A stretch of DNA of 64,000 nucleotides, from the IMG/VR virus record IMGVR_UViG_3300029552_000001; one strand, 5' to 3'. The notes beneath the pieces are model-generated. The model made no database searches. It was not told where the DNA came from and worked only from the letters and a program-made list of their open reading frames with translations. Positions within the stretch are counted from its first letter, which is position 1; each line of letters opens with the position of its first letter. Source of the stretch: a virus. Below, one piece after another: positions 18,499 to 27,310 of the stretch. Both the position numbers and the translations under genes were made by a program.

Positions 18499-18533
18499 AT
18501 TGTTTTGAGATTGTTTACCTTTCTCAAAACAAT
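18499..18533. terminator. perfect 12-bp stem hairpin
   Basis: ATTGTTTTGAGA (18499-18510) pairs with TCTCAAAACAAT (18522-18533) around an 11-nt loop. It lies 37 nt downstream (minus sense) of the mini-lipoprotein ORF. Confidence 0.5.
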
Positions 18534-18569
18534 TTCTTATCTTTCAATCTTCTTTTGCTTAGATCCCCT

Positions 18570-18686
18570 TTATATATTATAAGGTGATTGAGTCTCTTGA
18601 TAGACATAACCTGTTACCGGAGACTTTACCGCTGCGCAACTTGATAACAAGAATGCCGTACTGATAAATAAGAATGCTTTTTTCAT
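18570..18686 (-). CDS. mini-lipoprotein (38 aa), below the ORF-track size cutoff
   Basis: Minus-strand ATG 18686-18684 to TAA 18572-18570 gives MKKAFLFISTAFLLSSCAAVKSPVTGYVYQETQSPYNI. This is a classic signal peptide plus lipobox (LLSSC). The mature part resembles TRL-like Bacteroides lipoprotein N-termini, from memory. Confidence 0.45.
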   Translation of the reverse strand: MKKAFLFISTAFLLSSCAAVKSPVTGYVYQETQSPYNI

Positions 18687-18689
18687 TGT

Positions 18690-18980
18690 GTGTTTGTTTT
18701 TGCCCTCCCTGTCCCCTTCGTTCGGTGGTTTCTAAATATAAAGAAGCGTGGGGACTATTGGATGTTACCGTATCTGAGGCTCTGGACTGCCCACCACTCA
18801 ATAACAAACAACAGCCCCACGCCTTATGATTGTATATAGTTTGCCCCTAGAGGTATAAATATAACAACATAGGCGTAGGAGGCATCTTTGTCTATCATCC
18901 CGAGTGGTTGAAATTGTCCAGATTTCAAATACGAGATAATATCTTAACGCTTCTACGTCTTTATTCTAATACGTGGGGCA
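18690..18980 (-). other. structured GC-rich leader / possible cis-regulatory RNA upstream of the mini-lipoprotein
   Basis: Nested helices: 18781-18787 with 18916-18922, 18793-18799 with 18902-18908, and 18815-18828 with 18868-18882 (G.U pairs only in minus sense). Competing pairings of the CCCCACGC segment are possible with 18746-18753 and 18972-18979. Confidence 0.35.
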
Positions 18981-19137
18981 AAAATAGGTAAATTACATCT
19001 CTGTAATATATTAATATGCTTTAATATAAATGAATAAATAATAACTCAAATAGGCTTTTCGCCTATTATATCTCTACACTTGTCTACATTATGATAATAT
19101 TTGTTTATTTGCTACTTGATATATATCTGTTTTATCG

Positions 19138-19145
19138 TACTTTTG
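19138..19145 (+). promoter_or_regulatory. Bacteroidota-type -7 box (TACTTTTG)
   Basis: Lies 23 nt upstream of ATG 19169 of the plus-strand two-gene cassette. Confidence 0.4.
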
Positions 19146-19168
19146 TTTACTAATAAAAGACTATTGTT

Positions 19169-19330
19169 ATGGCTACATATACTAGACCTATCCCTACGTT
19201 AAGGGGGGAAGATGCTAAAATATTTAACAAAAAAGCGGACGAGGCATTAAAAAACAGGAAGAATGCCATTGTTTTTGATGAACATATAATAGAAATGAAG
19301 AAAATTCTAAAAAAAGCCAATATGATGTAA
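19169..19330 (+). CDS. small protein (53 aa), candidate antitoxin/partner of the GNAT gene
   Basis: Not in the ORF track (<60 aa). Sequence is MATYTRPIPTLRGEDAKIFNKKADEALKNRKNAIVFDEHIIEMKKILKKANMM. Its stop is 4 nt before the GNAT ATG. Confidence 0.45.
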   Translation: MATYTRPIPTLRGEDAKIFNKKADEALKNRKNAIVFDEHIIEMKKILKKANMM

Positions 19331-19334
19331 TACT

Positions 19335-19937
19335 ATGGGGTTCTTATCCGATAACTGTACTTTTAAGCCCCTCTCTAAAGCAATACTAACTAGTTGCTCA
19401 TCATTTTCTTGTGGGAATGTGGATTTAGATAACTTTTTTACTAACAAATCTATTAAGTACGAAGAAGAATTGTTAGGTAAAAGTTATTGTTTCGTATTAG
19501 ATGATAGTCCATGTGTTATCGTTTGTGCATTCACTATTTCTAATGATAGTATTGATACCTATATATTACCTAATAGTAGGAGCAAAAAAGTAAAAAATCC
19601 TATTCCACATGAAAAACATATGAGAAGATATCCTTCTGTTCTTATTGGAAAACTTGGAGTTAATATCCATTACTCAAATAAAGGGATTGGTACAGAACTC
19701 ATGAATTTTATAAAAAGTTGGTTTGTATCCCCTTCTAATAAAACAGGTTGCAGATATATAATTGTAGATGCTTACAATAATGATAAAACGCTTAATTATT
19801 ATATTAATAACGGATTTGAATTTCTATTTTCCACAGAAAGACAAGAGATCGAGTATGTTTATAAAAACGAAAATGAAAAGTTAAATACAAGGTTTATGTA
19901 TTTTGATCTCATAAAATGTATTAGCAACATCCTATGA
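19335..19937 (+). CDS. GNAT-family N-acetyltransferase of the TA-toxin type (TacT/AtaT/KacT-like)
   Basis: RRYPSVLIGKLGVNIHYSNKGIGTELMNFI matches the P-A/S-x-L-I-G-R/K-L-A/G-V..G-x-G-x-G acetyl-CoA pocket typical of GNAT toxins. It has a small upstream partner ORF and is on the opposite strand to all flanking genes. Confidence 0.7.
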   Translation: MGFLSDNCTFKPLSKAILTSCSSFSCGNVDLDNFFTNKSIKYEEELLGKSYCFVLDDSPCVIVCAFTISNDSIDTYILPNSRSKKVKNPIPHEKHMRRYPSVLIGKLGVNIHYSNKGIGTELMNFIKSWFVSPSNKTGCRYIIVDAYNNDKTLNYYINNGFEFLFSTERQEIEYVYKNENEKLNTRFMYFDLIKCISNIL

Positions 19938-20068
19938 GATCAAGTTAATTATTGCGATAGCTGATTACAATTTTCTGCCGATGGTGTAAACTGGTATATA
20001 ATTACCAAAAACATTTTCATTCTATTCATAATAAACTTTATTTAATGCGTTTATTCTTTCTACGTTTT

Positions 20069-20278
20069 TCATATCCACCCCCTTTGTATTACATCGTTAT
20101 ACGTTATTCCGTTATCTTGAATTAGTCTCATAAACTGATCTTCGGTATAAGCCAGAGATTCCCCTCTGTTAGCCCTCTCTATATTCTCACTCATCATCCC
20201 CATAGCCTCTATCAAGGCCGCTGAGGAGTTGGCTATCAATTTAGCCGCTTCCATTATCCTACTATCGTCCATAATCAT
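20069..20278 (-). CDS. hypothetical protein (69 aa)
   Basis: ORF track. Confidence 0.5.
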   Translation of the reverse strand: MIMDDSRIMEAAKLIANSSAALIEAMGMMSENIERANRGESLAYTEDQFMRLIQDNGITYNDVIQRGWI

Positions 20279-20457
20279 ATTACTTTAACTTCCTCGTTCC
20301 ACAAATGTCTTTCATATACCATGGTTGTTCCTATTAGGATTCCGGTATCTTCTCCCCAATATTCAAGTATTTGACTCCTGAATTTGTGACGCAATTTTTG
20401 TATTCCTCCCTTGTTTTTATCATAAGAAGAGTAATCCGATAATCTTACTGTCTCCAT
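20275..20457 (-). CDS. hypothetical protein (60 aa)
   Basis: ORF track. AGGAGG (20469-20464, minus) lies 6 nt upstream of the ATG. Confidence 0.5.
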   Translation of the reverse strand: METVRLSDYSSYDKNKGGIQKLRHKFRSQILEYWGEDTGILIGTTMVYERHLWNEEVKVI

Positions 20458-20521
20458 CGTTTACCTCCTTCATTTGTTCGTATGCCAATCTTTCAAGTTC
20501 CGGCATGGTGTTTGTTTCTTC

Positions 20522-20821
20522 TTATTTTCCCCCATACTTATTTCTCATTTCATTAATATAGCTCATATACCAATCTCTTATATCCTCTTCACTATCCATG
20601 CTATACTCTTTATTGAATGGATCGTATCTGATAAACTCCTCTGTTCTGCAGAATGGGCATGGGATCTCTTCCAATGGCTTGATTAGAACACCATCATCAC
20701 CTACATTATCCAGATCATACAATATGCCATCTATGCAAGTCGCGTCTGGATAATTCGCACCGAAAAGCGGGAATTCTGGACATGTGTTTCTCATACTTGT
20801 ACTATTCAAATTCGTTCTCAT
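20522..20821 (-). CDS. hypothetical protein (99 aa)
   Basis: ORF track. Contains a CPFC motif. Confidence 0.5.
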   Translation of the reverse strand: MRTNLNSTSMRNTCPEFPLFGANYPDATCIDGILYDLDNVGDDGVLIKPLEEIPCPFCRTEEFIRYDPFNKEYSMDSEEDIRDWYMSYINEMRNKYGGK

Positions 20822-21293
20822 ATTCCTTTCTCCTATCCACTTCCTTTAAATTCAAACCATCAGGTGTCAATATCTTCTTTTCCAACAAATCAAAGAGAAG
20901 CATCGCCCTTGACTCCACCTCTGTTTCCCCAAATCCGCTATATACTTCTGTTGGCGAATCGTAGGCATTGTAACGAACATAGGCAGCTTCGTAGTATTCG
21001 ATATCCTTATTCGGGAAATATTGTGTCAATTGCAACCAGTCATCCCATATTTTTGATTTACTGATATTTATCATACTTGGTAGTATCTCTCCAAGTTCAT
21101 GACTCATATAAGCCGGTATGAGGTCTCCTTCTTTTCTGTATGAATATCTCATTGTATTTTGTGCAATTGATTCTGTTTTGGATCCCCCTCCTTTCACCTC
21201 TTTCACAAAATAAAATTCCGACTCTGAATTTACACCCAACTCATGCAGCTTTAATGCAAGCTCATAAGGGCACATAAAATTTTGATATTTCAT
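20802..21293 (-). CDS. hypothetical protein (163 aa)
   Basis: ORF track. Confidence 0.55.
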   Translation of the reverse strand: MKYQNFMCPYELALKLHELGVNSESEFYFVKEVKGGGSKTESIAQNTMRYSYRKEGDLIPAYMSHELGEILPSMINISKSKIWDDWLQLTQYFPNKDIEYYEAAYVRYNAYDSPTEVYSGFGETEVESRAMLLFDLLEKKILTPDGLNLKEVDRRKEYENEFE

Positions 21294-21294
21294 G

Positions 21295-21606
21295 TTATTC
21301 TATATTTTCGTTTCTGTAATCTCCTGCATAGTCCAACCATACCCTGTAATCATTTCTGTACTTGGTCGCCTTTATTTTCATATTCCGGGATATACTCTTA
21401 TTCACATTTTCACCAAGTACACTCCTTAGCTCCTTCTGTAAGACCGCCCCGATAAGAGGATAGACGTCCAAATAATTGCCTTCACACTTCTCGAAATCTA
21501 TTACCTTGTTCCCTATTGCCCGTTCTAATGCCTTGTCTATTGCCTTCACGATGGATTCTTGCACATCTTTATATCGATTGATAAAATCCTGTTCTTTATT
21601 TTCCAT
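21295..21606 (-). CDS. hypothetical protein (103 aa)
   Basis: ORF track. Confidence 0.55.
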   Translation of the reverse strand: MENKEQDFINRYKDVQESIVKAIDKALERAIGNKVIDFEKCEGNYLDVYPLIGAVLQKELRSVLGENVNKSISRNMKIKATKYRNDYRVWLDYAGDYRNENIE

Positions 21607-21624
21607 TTTAATACATTTTTTATT

Positions 21625-22611
21625 CTATAAAAGATCCTCATTGCCCCCATAAGGGATACAATAAGTCCAAACCGTCCCATGTACACATTCATATCCATGA
21701 GAATTTACACCCGTTATTTCTCTAGCAAATAAACTAATATTCCATGCATCATCTTGGCTATTTCTTACCAATACTTTGTCAAATGGTTTTAACTTATACT
21801 CTGGCTCTATCTCAATACCAAAGAATTGTTTCAAACACATTTTGGCTTTAGGTTCTTCACTTGCCTTAAGATCGTTAATAAAATCTCGCTTTTCGTCCTC
21901 AGTGGCATATCTATATCTCTCAATATTATTTTGATTGGCAGCTCCATTGTCGAAATATAAATAACCCCCTTCTTGCCAAGAGGCATGATAAGACGTAAGG
22001 TATTCCCCGTTTGTATTCAATATGAATAAATAATCACCTTCTTCATTGCTCAATACATCCCCATCCTTAAATGCCGTATATTCCGGAATATTAATACAAA
22101 GCCTACATCCTCTTGCTCCTAGTCCATTATCAGAGAACCAGTCTGATGTTATACCATAATCAGAATAAATCACTCCTAGTGTATTAAACATCCCCCTATC
22201 TTTATTATAATACACTAACTCTACCTTATGATTATGTCCGACCGTTACAATCTCACCATCATATTCACCATTGCTAATTTTCTTTGCCAGTTCTAAGTCA
22301 AATGGTTTTGTTATCATTCTCTTTTCCATAATTTTACATGTATTTATATTGTTATTTTTCACTTTAGCTATATTATCATCTTGTAGCAATCTTGCTTTAA
22401 GGTCATCTATAGTCCTTAAATCCATATTATATGTGCATAGATGAGCGCTCCCGTAACCGGTTAAATTGTTTATTACAGCCACATGATATCCGCCACCTAT
22501 CTTATACACTTCCTTGACCTCCCATATATCCCTGCTATCATATTCATATCTATTGTTCCAGTCTATAAAATCTTGCTTTATAGATACCATATCTCCTTTT
22601 TTAATATTCAT
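21625..22611 (-). CDS. hypothetical protein (328 aa)
   Basis: ORF track. Confidence 0.6.
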   Translation of the reverse strand: MNIKKGDMVSIKQDFIDWNNRYEYDSRDIWEVKEVYKIGGGYHVAVINNLTGYGSAHLCTYNMDLRTIDDLKARLLQDDNIAKVKNNNINTCKIMEKRMITKPFDLELAKKISNGEYDGEIVTVGHNHKVELVYYNKDRGMFNTLGVIYSDYGITSDWFSDNGLGARGCRLCINIPEYTAFKDGDVLSNEEGDYLFILNTNGEYLTSYHASWQEGGYLYFDNGAANQNNIERYRYATEDEKRDFINDLKASEEPKAKMCLKQFFGIEIEPEYKLKPFDKVLVRNSQDDAWNISLFAREITGVNSHGYECVHGTVWTYCIPYGGNEDLL

Positions 22612-22652
22612 ATCTTCTTATGTGTTTATATATTATTTGCCTGTCCAGCCAA

Positions 22653-22744
22653 TCCAACGAACATGGGCGGACGCCTCGCTTCCCTCCGCACGTCTTACCT
22701 ATACACGCCGGCTCCACCGGCAACGCCATCCATGACATTTTGGA
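22653..22744. repeat. GC-rich hairpin element (weaker family member, ~92 bp)
   Basis: Arms are TCCAACGAACATGG (22653-22666) and CCATGACATTTTGGA (22730-22744). The interior has GCCGG..CCGGC and GCGGA..TCCGC stems. Confidence 0.35.
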
Positions 22745-22775
22745 TGCCTCCATACCTCTAGGTACGATCAATTCC

Positions 22776-23042
22776 TTATTCCGGGTCATGATTCTTTTTT
22801 TTAAAATTTATATCAAATTCCCGTATATTAAGTATCTCCTTGAAAACCATCTCTCTAATGAAACAACCCATTTTATGTATTTCATCTTCATTAGATATTC
22901 CCCACACTTCAACTGCTGCATGAATCGCATCTTTCATAGAGAAACAGATCTGAGTCCAATCACTATATTCTCTTTCATCGTTTAAAATATCTTGTATCTT
23001 TCTTTCGCAATGTTCTATATATTCTTTATTGAAATTACTCAT
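22776..23042 (-). CDS. hypothetical protein (88 aa)
   Basis: ORF track. A G9 tract lies 43 nt upstream. Confidence 0.55.
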   Translation of the reverse strand: MSNFNKEYIEHCERKIQDILNDEREYSDWTQICFSMKDAIHAAVEVWGISNEDEIHKMGCFIREMVFKEILNIREFDINFKKKNHDPE

Positions 23043-23084
23043 GACTTTTCAATGATTTTCATTATAAATTTTCTACTTAATTCA

Positions 23085-23093
23085 CCCCCCCCC
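23085..23093 (-). repeat. homopolymer tract (C9 on plus = G9 in the sense of gene 22776..23042)
   Basis: Read directly from the sequence: ttcaCCCCCCCCCagtgg. Confidence 0.95.
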
Positions 23094-23172
23094 AGTGGTT
23101 GATGCAGTGGTCGCAGCAATAAGATTCAGGCAATCATACGACTCTGCTGATGTCTAAATCTAATCCTTCGAA

Positions 23173-23199
23173 CGTTTCCAAAACATGCTATTGGAAACG
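23173..23199. other. 9-bp stem hairpin in a GC-richer intergenic region
   Basis: CGTTTCCAA pairs with TTGGAAACG around a 9-nt loop. Confidence 0.45.
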
Positions 23200-23247
23200 C
23201 CATCGCTAAATCTGATAGTGATCGCACCGCTATGATACAAGCGTCAC

Positions 23248-24309
23248 TTAATTCCATCCTAACTGTTTTGCAATACTTTCCATTTCATTATACGCAATCC
23301 TGTGACATCCAGCAACCAATAGGTCGTTCTCATAGCTATTGATCTTCCATTTGTGACCGGTTGTATCCAATACCATATCGTGTTGGAATTTACCGCCATT
23401 ATGGAAGAATTTTATCAATTCCCAAAGTCTTTCAGCTTCGGTTCGTTTTATCTTGATATTCCCGCTGGTCTCAATTATACCATTCTTAATGCGAAGCCAT
23501 ACGTTAGGCTGGTCATCCTCCAAATAATAATGTAGATATAATTCTGGAATCTCGCCAGACTTCCACATCTCGATCTGTTCTTCAAATTTTTTCTTGCGAG
23601 CCTCATTTTCTTTTCTTCTTTTTTCAAGAGTTAAAGCCTCTTTTTTCGCCTGACTGTCTTCCCATCTCTGACATCTGGCCACATACTCAGCCCACGTTCC
23701 TTCACCACAAATCTCATCTACTATTACATTGGTCGTTCCTAAAGTTTCTAACGCTTGATGATTTAGCAATACCTCAAACACACGCTTTAACTCATGGACA
23801 TATTCACTTTTAATCTTATCCGATTCATAAGATAACTCATGTTTAGTTCCGATCCAGGTGTTTGCACTCTTTTTAAGAAGGCTCTTGGGAGTACCCATAT
23901 TAAAGAACTCAATATAATCCATTAGACTTCTAAATACTCCCCAAACATCCCTATAAGACAGGCTTGTTCTAACCTTCTTGTATTTCTCGATAACCTCTTT
24001 GATAAGCTCCAATCGACTGGTGATAAAAGCCATGCTGCCATCATCAGACATATTATATCCAACAGAAAATACCTTTGAGCCAGTTGGTATTGCACTACGA
24101 ACACAACGTTGATGTTTACAGGTGGAAGAAGAATAATACTTATCGTTAAGCAAATACGCCTTTTCACCACACTTATTTCTTACGATTCTTCCAACCTCAA
24201 AATGATAACCATAAGAATAAATACTTCTACCTTCAAAGAAAAGATTACTACCTCTTGCGGATTCTTCCTTTTCGTTTGCCCACAAATGAGCGACCATAGA
24301 GTTGTTCAT
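23248..24309 (-). CDS. hypothetical protein (353 aa)
   Basis: ORF track. Confidence 0.6.
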   Translation of the reverse strand: MNNSMVAHLWANEKEESARGSNLFFEGRSIYSYGYHFEVGRIVRNKCGEKAYLLNDKYYSSSTCKHQRCVRSAIPTGSKVFSVGYNMSDDGSMAFITSRLELIKEVIEKYKKVRTSLSYRDVWGVFRSLMDYIEFFNMGTPKSLLKKSANTWIGTKHELSYESDKIKSEYVHELKRVFEVLLNHQALETLGTTNVIVDEICGEGTWAEYVARCQRWEDSQAKKEALTLEKRRKENEARKKKFEEQIEMWKSGEIPELYLHYYLEDDQPNVWLRIKNGIIETSGNIKIKRTEAERLWELIKFFHNGGKFQHDMVLDTTGHKWKINSYENDLLVAGCHRIAYNEMESIAKQLGWN

Positions 24310-24332
24310 ATCTATTAAGTTTTGAGTGTTAA

Positions 24333-24569
24333 CTATTGATTATACTTGCTAAAAATAACATCGACACAAGTTCCGCCAATAGCGTTTGCGTCATTATACG
24401 AATAAAAACCTTCTGTTCCCCAATCCACACCAACTGGACAACCATCTGCATGTTTTACAAAGTCATCAATTTCTTGCGCTTCCTCGTTAGATATTCCAGT
24501 GTAGTCACCATTAATCAAAGCCCCAATCCAATAAATCGGAAGCCTATATCTTATTATCTCTATATTCAT
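24333..24569 (-). CDS. hypothetical protein (78 aa)
   Basis: ORF track. Confidence 0.5.
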   Translation of the reverse strand: MNIEIIRYRLPIYWIGALINGDYTGISNEEAQEIDDFVKHADGCPVGVDWGTEGFYSYNDANAIGGTCVDVIFSKYNQ

Positions 24570-24958
24570 AATCTCATCAATTTACAATGTGAATTTTCAA
24601 ATACGGGAACCATTCCATGCGCCCTGAAATACTCGGTCGCTATTTTAAAAGCGTACAAGGCAGGTCTTTCATGGATATTTCGTGTTGTCTTATAAAGAGA
24701 TATTGGCTGGCAAACATAGAATTTCTCATTACCAAGACACCCAAAAACCCCATCCAAATAACTTTCATCACAATTAGTGCCTCCCAGTATCAACAAATCA
24801 CATCCTGTCTTTCGTGTTCCGAGAATAAATGTCTTGTTCTTGTTTTCCGGAAGCATGAATATTTCCTTATCAATCTTAAACCAGTCAATCTGGCAACTCT
24901 CTACATCACGGCGAACAATCTCGTCAATCTCACGGGCATATTCTTCTTGTGTTTTCAT
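24566..24958 (-). CDS. hypothetical protein (130 aa)
   Basis: ORF track. Confidence 0.55.
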   Translation of the reverse strand: MKTQEEYAREIDEIVRRDVESCQIDWFKIDKEIFMLPENKNKTFILGTRKTGCDLLILGGTNCDESYLDGVFGCLGNEKFYVCQPISLYKTTRNIHERPALYAFKIATEYFRAHGMVPVFENSHCKLMRL

Positions 24959-24968
24959 AAGATATGTT

Positions 24969-25715
24969 TTAAATAGTTCTTAATTTCTCTTCAATAAACG
25001 TATCTATCATCTTATAGTAACTTCCATCAAAAACGTAGTTGTTATATCTTTTTGTAAACTCTTTGGCCCAGTCTTGAATGATGTCGAATGCTTCTTCTCT
25101 GCTATAACATTTCAACTCCGTTAATCTCTCCACAGCTTCCGCTGACATCTCTTGAAGATTCCGGATGTAAGTTGGATTAACGCTATATGGAGGTTCTTCT
25201 TCATCCAGCATAACAATTCTTGGTTTGTTTGCCGACCGGCATTGCTCAGCGGTTTGGGTAAATCTCTGGAAATATTCGGCATCATACTTATTCCCATGAT
25301 AATCAATGAAAGCAATCTTATCTCTATATATCTCACAGGCATTTAAAGATTCTCGTGTCGATCTTTTTATTGGTCTTGATCCATCCCATAACCAGCCATA
25401 AAACTGTATACCATCCCAGATAAGACATGATAGATATCTTAGAGAAAAAGACTTTATATCTAATATCTTATGTTGTATAGGATTAACTTCCCGCTTAGCA
25501 TCTTCAAGAGTTTTGTATATAGACGTACTTGTCTCAATTTTACCCTCTCCCAATTTGCTTCCAAACCAAAAAATATATTCGACATACATATTTCTCCTAC
25601 AAATACCTGGATCTTTTACTATCATGCCACGATATTTCGCTTCACGGATTACCCCGTCCCTATGCATGAATACCCTTATTCCAAAGGGTATATCATAAAT
25701 CAATACATTACACAT
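24969..25715 (-). CDS. hypothetical protein (248 aa)
   Basis: ORF track. Confidence 0.6.
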   Translation of the reverse strand: MCNVLIYDIPFGIRVFMHRDGVIREAKYRGMIVKDPGICRRNMYVEYIFWFGSKLGEGKIETSTSIYKTLEDAKREVNPIQHKILDIKSFSLRYLSCLIWDGIQFYGWLWDGSRPIKRSTRESLNACEIYRDKIAFIDYHGNKYDAEYFQRFTQTAEQCRSANKPRIVMLDEEEPPYSVNPTYIRNLQEMSAEAVERLTELKCYSREEAFDIIQDWAKEFTKRYNNYVFDGSYYKMIDTFIEEKLRTI

Positions 25716-25722
25716 ATCTTAA

Positions 25723-26418
25723 TCAATTTACATGTTCATATATATCCCCATTCTCATAATAAAGTCGATCTTCATATTGATTATGATGAAGTTCCTCACG
25801 TATCGCATCTTCATTATCAGCCCAATACTCATACTCCTCATACCAGGACTTGAAGAAACTATCGTAACATCGCCCTATCAGATCCTCAAACGAGAAATCA
25901 TCCGGGTAAGTACACCATGCATTGTAATAATCAATTATAGGTTTCAGGAGATAATAATCATAACACATCCCTGTCAATGGGCAATTATCTCCATAGTCAA
26001 ACATCACCCTACTATACTTGTGCCTGTATTTGTATTTCCCATCAATATATTTACCTGACGTGGAGAAATACTTGCCCTTGATAATATATGGCATAATATT
26101 GTTGTTGATATATCTGAACAGTAATTTACCGCATAGATTCTCAGGGAATATATCACGATGATAATCTGTAGGGTGTTCATAAATAGGATCCTTGTATTTA
26201 AACTCATAACTAAAATCATATCTCTCGTATCCAACTTCCCAATTATAAACCCTAGTATCTGTCATATCCTCAAAGGCTTTCATTGACTTTTTATAGTCTA
26301 TGCCATAAGCATCCATACATTGCTCCATTACATTCCAGTGCTCACGCTCTATGATCCTTTCTTGTGAGTCTTTTGACAGCTCATCAAACTCATACAGTTT
26401 TAATACAATCTTTTTCAT
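25723..26418 (-). CDS. hypothetical protein (231 aa)
   Basis: ORF track. GAGGAGGG lies 3 nt upstream of the ATG. Confidence 0.6.
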   Translation of the reverse strand: MKKIVLKLYEFDELSKDSQERIIEREHWNVMEQCMDAYGIDYKKSMKAFEDMTDTRVYNWEVGYERYDFSYEFKYKDPIYEHPTDYHRDIFPENLCGKLLFRYINNNIMPYIIKGKYFSTSGKYIDGKYKYRHKYSRVMFDYGDNCPLTGMCYDYYLLKPIIDYYNAWCTYPDDFSFEDLIGRCYDSFFKSWYEEYEYWADNEDAIREELHHNQYEDRLYYENGDIYEHVN

Positions 26419-26440
26419 AATCCCTCCTCTTTTAATATAA

Positions 26441-26499
26441 TTAGATCCCTAACGTCAATCGAATGACATACGTACCTCCTTATGTTCACGCTTAGGGAT
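26441..26499 (-). other. tRNA-like minihelix / structured leader (8-bp acceptor-like stem, T-arm-like hairpin)
   Basis: Minus sense reads AUCCCUAA-GCGU(GAACAUAAGGAGGU)ACGU-AU-GUCA(UUCGAU)UGAC-G-UUAGGGAU. It begins 4 nt after the conserved-loop hairpin, exactly as tRNA-Arg does at 40907. It is not a canonical cloverleaf. Confidence 0.25.
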
Positions 26500-26503
26500 G
26501 ATC

Positions 26504-26527
26504 GTGGCTATTCTCACGAACCACCAC
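26504..26527 (-). repeat. conserved-loop hairpin, copy 1 (loop GGUUCGUGAGAAUA)
   Basis: Minus sense is GUGGU-[GGUUCGUGAGAAUA]-GCCAC. It shares a 15-nt identity (TATTCTCACGAACCA on plus) with 40917-40931, and the stems differ by compensatory changes. Confidence 0.6.
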
Positions 26528-26543
26528 AATCCAGATTCAGATA

Positions 26544-27281
26544 TCATTCATCCTTTATCTTTACGAATGGGTTTTCTACATAAAACTCCACTACATCCTT
26601 AGATTTTATAGATGTCACTATACCGGTGGTATCCACAAATCCATCTGTTTCATCCATTGTCAAATCTTCTATTTTATCTCCCGGCAGAAAACAAAGATTA
26701 TAGTCTTGATCAATATACATAATCATCTTTAACCTAACCATGTCATCAATGATGCCTTTCATTCTCTCCACGACATCCAATTGATCATTACTAAGCATTA
26801 ATCTACTTTTTGATGATTCCACTAACCTTATGTCTCCATTCCTGTCAACTACAGTTAAGCCATTGAATTTATACACATCTTCACGTGTTCTGTAATATGT
26901 TTCCTTACAATAAATTTTTCCTTTATCATCTATTTCAACATCAAAATATTCCAACTTATCCTTGACAGCTCTTCCGTTTTTGTATTTCCACACATCACCT
27001 ATTGGAATGAACCCATATAATGACTCAAAAACATCATATATTGATAGTCTTGTCTTAGGAATGCTCTCGCCCTTTTTAAAACATTCTTCGGACGAATAAA
27101 ATAATTTCCCATCTAATGTCTTCTCAGTCCTACATCCTCCCCATGTTCCTACATATCTAACTACTCCATATGTAAAACTGATCAAGATCTTATCAATCTC
27201 AAACCACTTTAATCTTCCTGACATATCGTCAAAAAGATATCCACTCTCTAGATAAACCGATAAACATTCTCTAATTTCCAT
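26544..27281 (-). CDS. hypothetical protein (245 aa)
   Basis: ORF track. Confidence 0.6.
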   Translation of the reverse strand: MEIRECLSVYLESGYLFDDMSGRLKWFEIDKILISFTYGVVRYVGTWGGCRTEKTLDGKLFYSSEECFKKGESIPKTRLSIYDVFESLYGFIPIGDVWKYKNGRAVKDKLEYFDVEIDDKGKIYCKETYYRTREDVYKFNGLTVVDRNGDIRLVESSKSRLMLSNDQLDVVERMKGIIDDMVRLKMIMYIDQDYNLCFLPGDKIEDLTMDETDGFVDTTGIVTSIKSKDVVEFYVENPFVKIKDE

Positions 27282-27310
27282 AACAATTTATTTTTTTTAA
27301 TTAAACAACA

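Noticed and set aside
18577-18807. 76-aa minus-strand ORF from the track.
   Set aside because: The sequence is implausible and it spans the structured leader. A different minus frame gives a textbook 38-aa lipoprotein precursor (18570..18686).
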